Positions 8,853 through 14,960 of a stretch of 24,000 bases of DNA are shown here, in pieces. The first letter of the stretch is position 1. Each line of letters begins with the position of its first letter. This DNA comes from an uncultured bacterium (GTDB lineage Bacteria > Chloroflexota > Chloroflexia > Chloroflexales > Kallotenuaceae). The position numbers and the translations under genes were made by a program. The notes beneath the pieces are model-generated. The model was not told where the DNA came from. It saw nothing but the letters and a program-made list of their open reading frames with translations, and did no database searches. The stretch lies in NCBI GenBank assembly GCA_963827625.1, contig CAWHBS010000003.1, positions 806,306 to 830,305 on the forward strand, read 5' to 3'.

Positions 8853-9395
8853 TCAGCGCAGGCGGAACGCAAGGATAATCAGGAAGATGCCGCCGGCGAT
8901 GAGCAGGATGCCAAGAGTCCAGGGCAACGCCAGCGTCGTCCCTAACGGGTTGGCGAGTATCACCAAGCCGAACAATATCCCCATCGCCCCCAGCACGCCG
9001 GACCACCAGCCGCCGCCCCGAAAGGCATCGATCAGCGCGACGATCCCGTATACGATGCCCAGGAGGCCGACGAAGATGGTAAACGTCGAGCCCACCACAA
9101 AGGCGGTGCCGAGCGGATGGTTCTGGCCCAGGATGCCCGAGATGATCAGGCCGCCGGCCAGCAGGCCCACGATGCCCGAAAAGAGCTTCCAGCCCCAGCG
9201 CGTGCGATCCCAGAACAGCCGGAGCAGGTCGATGGCGCCAATCGCCAGCCAGTAGATGCCCAGCGCGAGCACAAAGCCCACCGACGTGGCCACCGGCTGG
9301 GTGAAAAACCAGATCCCGATCAGAATGGCCAGAATACCCTCAACCAGCGGGACCCACCAGCGGACGGGTGGCGCATCATAGACAGCGGCGGTCAT
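8853..9395 (-). CDS. HdeD/DUF308 family membrane protein
   Basis: The internal ATG at 9395 is preceded by AAGGAGA. Repeated DUF308-like helices are present (WWVPLVEGILAILIGIWFF, GIYWLAIGAIDLL, GVLGAMGILFGLVILANP). Confidence 0.85.
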   Translation of the reverse strand: MTAAVYDAPPVRWWVPLVEGILAILIGIWFFTQPVATSVGFVLALGIYWLAIGAIDLLRLFWDRTRWGWKLFSGIVGLLAGGLIISGILGQNHPLGTAFVVGSTFTIFVGLLGIVYGIVALIDAFRGGGWWSGVLGAMGILFGLVILANPLGTTLALPWTLGILLIAGGIFLIILAFRLR

Positions 9396-9556
9396 GGTCG
9401 TGTCTCCTTTGTAAGGATGGGCCGACAGCACGGCGGCGCATCCAACGCTGACCGAGGTGCGCGCTCATCGACGCGACGTTGACACCCGGATCGCGTCGAC
9501 AGCCCGGCTGCGGTCGTCCAACGCACGCGCTGATGGTGGACCGGCGCGGCACGGTG

Positions 9557-9584
9557 GGCACACGCGGCGCCGGGCGCGTGTGCC
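9557..9584 (-). terminator. 10-bp GC-rich hairpin between the DUF1269 paralog and the HdeD-like gene (candidate terminator/attenuator)
   Basis: GGCACACGCG (9557-9566) pairs with CGCGTGTGCC (9575-9584) around an 8-nt loop. A second 9-bp inverted repeat, TCGACGCGA/TCGCGTCGA, lies at 9468-9499. Neither has a U-tract. Confidence 0.3.
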
Positions 9585-9732
9585 GCTCCTAGCAGGGGAG
9601 CGTCCGGGTGCCCTTTCGTGAGACAGCAGGTCATCCGTGCGTAGCGCAGCCCACCTGGCCGGACGAGCAGCGGCGAACAACAGCCGGCGCGGCAGCCGTC
9701 GCTTACGCAGCCGGCGGCTCCGACAGTGTGCG

Positions 9733-10380
9733 CTACTCGGTTGTCGTTGACCCGGTTGTATCCGGCGCCGGCTCTGACGTTGCGCGCTCCTCGGCTGTCG
9801 CCGGGACGGGCGCGCTCGGTTCGTCCGTTGCGACGGTCTCCAACTCGGCCACCGCCGGAACCGCCGCGCCTTCCGCCACGGCCATCGCCTGCGTGGCTTC
9901 CGCCAAGGCCGCCTGGGGCACACCATACGTGCGCGTCGTGCCGCCATACGTCTCCAGCTGCGTTGTGGTCGGCGCGATCTCCGCTTCATCGCAGTTCACC
10001 ACCACGGCCACCTTGCCCGCATCCAGTTCGGTGCCCAGCGCGTCGATCTCCTCTTTCGTCAGGTGCAGCGACTGCTTCATGAAGGCGCCGCCGGCACCGC
10101 CCAGCGCGCCGCCGCCGAGCAGGCCGCCCAGCAGCGTGAGGCCCCCGGACAGCACGCCGGCGATCACGCCAACCACCGCGCCGACGACGGCACCGCGACC
10201 GGTCTTGTGGCCGACGTGCGTTTTGACCTTGTCTCCCTCCTTGACGAGCGTGCCGATCGCGCCAAGCTTAATGTCGTCACTGGCCTGGTCCCACGACTTG
10301 AGTCCCTTGATCGCCTGATCGGCGGCGACCAGGTTCGGAAAGATGGCGACGACGACGTTCTCGTTCTTGTTGTCGGACAT
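9733..10380 (-). CDS. DUF1269-like membrane protein (paralogous in architecture to 94..591) with acidic/Thr-rich C-terminal tail
   Basis: ATG at 10380 lies 7 nt after GAGGAG. The N-terminal domain begins VVVAIFPNLVAADQAIKGLK. The glycine-zipper core is GAVVGAVVGVIAGVLSGGLTLLGGLLGGGALGGAGGAF, followed by a second soluble domain. Confidence 0.8.
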   Translation of the reverse strand: MSDNKNENVVVAIFPNLVAADQAIKGLKSWDQASDDIKLGAIGTLVKEGDKVKTHVGHKTGRGAVVGAVVGVIAGVLSGGLTLLGGLLGGGALGGAGGAFMKQSLHLTKEEIDALGTELDAGKVAVVVNCDEAEIAPTTTQLETYGGTTRTYGVPQAALAEATQAMAVAEGAAVPAVAELETVATDEPSAPVPATAEERATSEPAPDTTGSTTTE

Positions 10381-10466
10381 GGGTACGCTCCTCGTGTGTA
10401 GGCTGCGGAGCAGCCACGAATATGGGCGACGACGTCTCCGTGCCGCCCGGTGTGTGCCGCCCAGTC

Positions 10467-10715
10467 TCAGGTTTGCCGGGCCACTGCCTCCACCACCGCT
10501 CCCAGCTCGGCGCCGGCTGCCGTCTCCGCCACGCTGGCGGCCCGCTCGTCCCGCGCCGCGCCTCTCAGCTCGGCGGCGGTGCTGACCTCCTCGATGCCGG
10601 TCATCCCGATTTCGATCGCTTCCGCGGTGAGCTCGTTGCTGCGCTCGGCCAGTGCGTCAGCCGCCGCCAGGCGTACGACGCCTTCGGCTACCACGCGCGC
10701 GCTCAGGTCCGCCAC
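10467..10715 (-). CDS. Ala/Glu-rich helical hypothetical protein (GTG start), possibly the 3-prime half of a frameshifted gene
   Basis: This 82-aa ORF is AEAL-rich with no recognisable motif. It overlaps the upstream Ala-rich ORF by 13 nt in a different frame. Confidence 0.35.
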   Translation of the reverse strand: MADLSARVVAEGVVRLAAADALAERSNELTAEAIEIGMTGIEEVSTAAELRGAARDERAASVAETAAGAELGAVVEAVARQT

Positions 10716-10981
10716 GTTGCTGCCGGTGGCCGGCGCGGTCGGCCACCGTGGCGAGGGCTCCCCGCGCGTGAGGTCTCTCCGGCGCCCGCGGCCAGCGCGA
10801 TGCCGGCGGTAACATCGAGCGCGTCGGCCGCTTCGAGATCGCGTTTGGCGGCTGCGAGCGCGTCGGCCCCTTGCATCGTCGTGGCCGCGGCATCCACCGC
10901 GAACTCGTCGGCAGCGTCCTGCAACCTGTTGCGCTCAACCGCATCGTTCCTCCCTTCATCACCTTGGGCTGCGTTCGTCAT
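10703..10981 (-). CDS. Ala/Asp-rich helical hypothetical protein, possibly the 5-prime half of a frameshifted gene
   Basis: ATG at 10981 lies 7 nt after GAGGTGG. The first roughly 65 aa look protein-like (DAADEFAVDAAATTMQGADALAAAKRDLEAADALD). The last roughly 25 aa become Arg/Pro-rich, as expected for an out-of-frame read. Confidence 0.35.
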   Translation of the reverse strand: MTNAAQGDEGRNDAVERNRLQDAADEFAVDAAATTMQGADALAAAKRDLEAADALDVTAGIALAAGAGETSRAGSPRHGGRPRRPPAATWRT

Positions 10982-11117
10982 GGGTACCACCTCAGGCTAG
11001 CACACCATAGCAACCGCTTAGGTGTTGAGCACGTCCGCTGGCGCCGCCGTTCGGTCGGGTGCGTTGTACACCCCGTCTGCAGTCATCGTCGCAATGCTCG
11101 CGTAGCTTTCTTCGCAT

Positions 11118-11600
11118 TTATGCGTGCATCCACGCGCGGATCGACGCGATATGCTCGCCGTAGTGATCGTACACGTCGCCGCGCAGCATCTGCCAGACCA
11201 CAATTGGTCCGGGCGCGCCCGGGAACTGCTGGGGTTCGATCAGGAAGGCTTCGTCGTTGGACTCCACGCCGGCGAGCAGGCGTCGAAAGGCGCTACGTGA
11301 CTCATCCAATACGTCTTCCAGGTCGCGGTCGCGGTTCTTTTGATAGTTCAATGCGTTGCGCTCGTCGAACGATAGTGACCAATCGGTCTCTACCGGCGTG
11401 TAGCGCACGCCGCGCAGGTTTTCGTCGAGCCGATCGGCGTACCAGAGCTCGAACATCGAAAGATGGGCCACCAGGTCTTTGACCGACCACTCGCCCGCGA
11501 CGCCGGGCTCGGTCATACGCTCGTGCGGCACCGCGGCCAACGCTACGTCCCACTCGGCGCGCTTTTCACGTAGCGTTGCCAGCAGTTCTGCTTTGTTCAT
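11118..11600 (-). CDS. DinB-superfamily / ClbS-DfsB-like four-helix-bundle protein
   Basis: ATG at 11600 follows GGAGGA. The N-terminus NKAELLATLREKRAEWDVAL ... EWSVKDLVAHL and the C-terminal DHYGEHIASIRAW His-containing helix match the DinB/DfsB pattern. Confidence 0.8.
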   Translation of the reverse strand: MNKAELLATLREKRAEWDVALAAVPHERMTEPGVAGEWSVKDLVAHLSMFELWYADRLDENLRGVRYTPVETDWSLSFDERNALNYQKNRDRDLEDVLDESRSAFRRLLAGVESNDEAFLIEPQQFPGAPGPIVVWQMLRGDVYDHYGEHIASIRAWMHA

Positions 11601-11914
11601 GTGTTCCTCCGTCCGTTCTTGCTGTCCATCGTTGATGGTCAGGACGTATGGTCAGTATTTGCGAAGCGTCGACAAGCGACTGATGACGTGCTAGCGCCCT
11701 TGATAGCTAGCCCTGGGTGTGCCACCGTCATGTCATACTTTCGGACGGAGCTTGCGGATGAATCGGACTGAGCCTTCCCGGCCTGGCTGAGTACGCGCAC
11801 GCGGACTTGAAGTCGAAACGCCGCGAAACGGCTCAGCAGGGTCAGATCCGCTACCCCACTATCACGCCGGGTCAAGCGTTCACGGGCTACGCAGTGCAGG
11901 CTACAGAGGACTAG

Positions 11915-12646
11915 ATGACAGCAGCCTTCGGATGGGGACTCCTGGCGGGTTCGTCCCTGGTGATCGGCGCCCTCATTACGCTCACTTTCCAGATCAGTCC
12001 GCGGGTGATCGGGCTGATCATGGCGTTTGGCGCAGGCGTGCTGATCAGCGCGGTCGCCTTCGATCTGGTCGAGGAGGCGGTCGGACTGACCTCCGGTCAC
12101 GGAGCGGTCACCATGGGTTTCTTCGGCGGCTGCGGGGTCTTCTTCGGCGGCGACTGGCTGATCGACCGCTTCGGGGGGAGTGAACGCAAGGATGCCACCG
12201 GCAACCAGGAGGGCGGCTCCGCGCTCGCCATCGTGCTCGGCACCGTGCTCGACGGGGTCCCCGAGTTGCTGGTGATCGGCCTGACGATCTATCACGGCGG
12301 GGCAGTGGGCGCCGCCTTTCTGGCGGCGGTGTTCATCTCCAACCTGCCCGAAGCGATCGCCTCGACAGCCGGCCTCGTCGCCAGCGGCTGGACGACGGCG
12401 CGGATCCTGGAGCTGTGGATCGCGATCGCCGTGATCTCGGGGCTCGCCTCGCTGGCCGGCTATGCCCTCTTCCAGGAGTTGTCACCAGACACCGTCGCCG
12501 TGGTGCTTGCCTTCGCAGGTGGTGCGATCCTCACTATGCTCGCAGACACGATGATGCCCGAGGCCTACGAGCACGGCGGCAAGCTGGTCGGGGTCCTGAC
12601 GGCGCTCGGCTTCGCGATCGCGTTCACGATCCATGTGTTCGAGTGA
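11915..12646 (+). CDS. ZIP family divalent-metal (zinc) transporter
   Basis: ATG at 11915 follows AGAGGA. The protein has 8 TM helices. ZupT/ZIP-like motifs are LDGVPELLVIGL and ISNLPEAIAS, with a DTMMPEAYEHGG metal-site helix. Confidence 0.9.
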   Translation: MTAAFGWGLLAGSSLVIGALITLTFQISPRVIGLIMAFGAGVLISAVAFDLVEEAVGLTSGHGAVTMGFFGGCGVFFGGDWLIDRFGGSERKDATGNQEGGSALAIVLGTVLDGVPELLVIGLTIYHGGAVGAAFLAAVFISNLPEAIASTAGLVASGWTTARILELWIAIAVISGLASLAGYALFQELSPDTVAVVLAFAGGAILTMLADTMMPEAYEHGGKLVGVLTALGFAIAFTIHVFE

Positions 12647-12764
12647 GTCATGGTACGTTTCGCCGCGAATTCCGTTGGTGGGCATTCCGCGCCTTGCGGC
12701 GGAGACGGTTGGCACGACATAATGATCGCGTGATAGATCCTGGGCTTGGGCCGACAGTTGCCGC

Positions 12765-12801
12765 TTGACTTTGCGTCATAAGTACACTATCATGATAGTG
12801 T
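12765..12801 (+). promoter_or_regulatory. Sigma70-like promoter (TTGACT-17 nt-TATCAT) overlapped by a perfect 18-bp palindromic operator
   Basis: TTGACT lies at 12765-12770 and TATCAT at 12788-12793. The palindrome ACACTATCATGATAGTGT lies at 12784-12801. The region is AT-rich in a GC-rich background, 25 nt upstream of the J-domain gene ATG. Confidence 0.5.
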
Positions 12802-12825
12802 TATCGTGACACAAAGCGAGGCGCT

Positions 12826-13902
12826 ATGGCCGAGACAGTCTTGGATCCGTTCGACCTATTACGCCGGGCAATCTGCCCCGAGGACGTTTTTGGCCTTCTG
12901 GTTGCCGATACGCAGGACACCCTCAAGCAGCGGTATCGGGAGCTCGCAGCGGTTGTGCACCCGGACCATAACGCGGATCGGCGCCAGGAGGCGACTGAGG
13001 CATTTCACGCACTTCAGCATTGGTACGGCGCCGCCCAGGAGCAGCTGCGGCGGGGCAGTGATGCTGCGCCGCCACGCATCACTGCCGCCTCTCGGCTGCA
13101 CACGTATCGCGGCTATGCACCACCCCTCACGGGTGACCTGAGTGACCTGTTTCCAGTCCAGCTCGACAGCAGCCGCGTGCTGCTCAAGGTTGCGCGTCTT
13201 GCCCGCGACAACGACCTGCTCCACGCAGAAGCCCGGACGCTGCAACGCCTCGATCGCGTGCTGCAGGGCCAGGCGGTGCGCGCGCACTTTCCCACTCTCG
13301 TCGAAGACTTCCTGCTCGCCGACGTGACGGGCAGCCGGCGGCAGGTTAACGTGCTGAGCGAGGAGGTCAGCTGTGTCTCACTGATGGACGTGATCAGGGC
13401 CTATCCTGCCGGCATCGCGTCGGGCGACGCCGCCTGGATGTTCAACCGCATGCTCGCCGTGCTGGGCGTGACGCATAATCTCGGCATTGTGCACGGAGCG
13501 CTGGTCCCGACGCACGTTCTGATCCGGCCTGGCGACCACAACGGGATGCTCGTCGACTGGTGCTACAGCGTCCCGGCCGGCGAGTCGCTGAAGGCCATCA
13601 GTCCGCAATTTGCCGACTTCTACCCACCGGAGGTACTCGAACGGCGGCCCGCCACCACCGCGACCGACCTGTATATGGCTGCGCGCTGCATGGTGCGGCT
13701 GCTGGGCGGCACGCGGGGCACGCGCGACCTGCCCGCCGGCGTGCCGCGCCCGATGCGTGCCCTGCTCGACGCCTGCCTGATCCCGGCGCCCGCGCGACGG
13801 CCTGACGACGCCTGGCAGGTTCTCGATGATTTTCGGGAGATCCTCGCACGGCTGCACGGACCAGCGGTATTCCGGCCGTTCCACATGCCCGCGCCGGCCT
13901 AG
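12826..13902 (+). CDS. J-domain (DnaJ-like, HPD motif) protein fused to a protein-kinase-like fold lacking the catalytic Asp (pseudokinase)
   Basis: The J-domain reads LKQRYRELAAVVHPDHN ... EATEAFHALQHWYG, with HPD at 12958-12966. Kinase-fold landmarks are VLLKVAR (VAIK-like Lys), HAEARTL (alpha-C Glu), HGALVPTH in place of HRDxKxxN (HGA at 13492-13500), DWC in place of DFG, PPE in place of APE, and the TDLYMAARC and ARRPDD subdomains. Confidence 0.85.
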   Translation: MAETVLDPFDLLRRAICPEDVFGLLVADTQDTLKQRYRELAAVVHPDHNADRRQEATEAFHALQHWYGAAQEQLRRGSDAAPPRITAASRLHTYRGYAPPLTGDLSDLFPVQLDSSRVLLKVARLARDNDLLHAEARTLQRLDRVLQGQAVRAHFPTLVEDFLLADVTGSRRQVNVLSEEVSCVSLMDVIRAYPAGIASGDAAWMFNRMLAVLGVTHNLGIVHGALVPTHVLIRPGDHNGMLVDWCYSVPAGESLKAISPQFADFYPPEVLERRPATTATDLYMAARCMVRLLGGTRGTRDLPAGVPRPMRALLDACLIPAPARRPDDAWQVLDDFREILARLHGPAVFRPFHMPAPA

Positions 13903-13947
13903 GCTCGCCGGCGCTTCACTATCAACACTTAGTAATGGAGATCAGTC

Positions 13948-14937
13948 ATGGGACACTCAAACTGGAGCGACGCCGCCTACCAGGCGCGCCAGCAGCACCG
14001 CCGCGCCACCGGCCAGACCGCCTTCAGCTACGACGACCAGGTGCGGACTACGGGTGTGGTCCGAGTCCACGACAAGCTGAATCCGCGCGGTGTGACGCGC
14101 GAGAGCCGGGACAGCAATCAGCACCCGGCGTCCCTCGCGATCGCCGTGATCTTCGACGTCACGGTTCGATGGGCAGCGTGCCCCGCGTGTTGCAGACCAA
14201 GCTGGGCGCGCTGATGCGGGTGCTTGATCCAGCACGGCTACGTCGCGGACCCGCAGCTCCTGTTTGGCGCGATCGGCGACGCGAACTGTGACGCCGTGCC
14301 GCTGCAGATCGGCCAGTTCGAGTCCGGGCTTGAGATGGACGATGATCTGGGCAAGATCTACCTGGAAGGCGGCGGCGGCGGCCAGGTCCAAGAAACCTAC
14401 GAACTGGCGCTCTATTTCCTCGCTCGCCATACCGCGATCGACTGTTATGCGCAGCGTGGCAAGAAGGGGTACCTGTTCACGATCGGCGACGAGCAGCCAT
14501 ATGCTGTTGTGAGCCGCCAGCACGTTCGGGCGCACATCGGCGATGCGCTGGAGCGGGATATTCCGGTTCAGCAGATCATTGCAGAGGTGCAGCAGCGTTA
14601 CGAATACTTCCATATCATCCCGACTGACACCGCACATGGACGGAGCCAGGCCGTGCAGGCGCGCTGGAAGGAACTGCTGGGCGAGCGGGTGCTGCTGTTG
14701 CACGACGCCGCGGCCGTTTGCGAGACGATCGCCCTGGCGATCGGGCTGTGCGAAGGGTCGGTGGACGATCTTGCCGGCGGAGCCGACGATCTCCGCGACG
14801 CCGGCTATGGCAGCGCCGGCGTGGCAGCCGCCGCCACGGCGCTGGCTCACTACGGGGCAAGCCGCGCACCCGTGCTGCGGCTCGCCGCAGGGCTGTTGCC
14901 GGCGAGCACGGTGCAGGTCGCCGACGGACGGCTCTAG
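13948..14937 (+). pseudogene. von Willebrand factor A (vWA, MIDAS) domain protein; frame interrupted by a 1-nt deletion and a 1-nt insertion about 60 nt apart (true pseudogene or assembly error)
   Basis: ATG at 13948 lies 7 nt after GGAGA. Frame 1 reads ...LAIAVIFDVT and then hits TGA at 14212. The alternate frame from 14163 reads GSMGSVPRVLQTKLGALMRVL. Frame 1 resumes at 14227 with IQHGYVADPQLLFGAIGD. Joined, these give a canonical DxTGSMG MIDAS motif and a continuous vWA fold (YLFTIGDE). Confidence 0.75.
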
Positions 14938-14960
14938 GTGGGTCGAAAAAGGAGGCGACA

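Noticed and set aside
9465-10318. ORFs 9465..9989 (minus, Arg/Pro/Ser-rich) and 9608..10318 (plus, Ser/Ala/Pro/Thr-rich)
   Set aside because: They overlap the DUF1269-like gene or the hairpin-rich spacer. The sequences are extremely low in complexity, and neither has an RBS.
11640-11914. Possible riboswitch or structured leader upstream of the ZIP transporter, in the roughly 314-nt divergent spacer shared with the DinB-like gene
   Set aside because: I found only short complementary segments (CTGAGCC at about 11769 and GGCTCAG at about 11830). I could match no signature of a known metal, cobalamin or other riboswitch class by eye, and there is no clear Zur-box palindrome either. A covariance-model scan (Rfam/Infernal) would be decisive.
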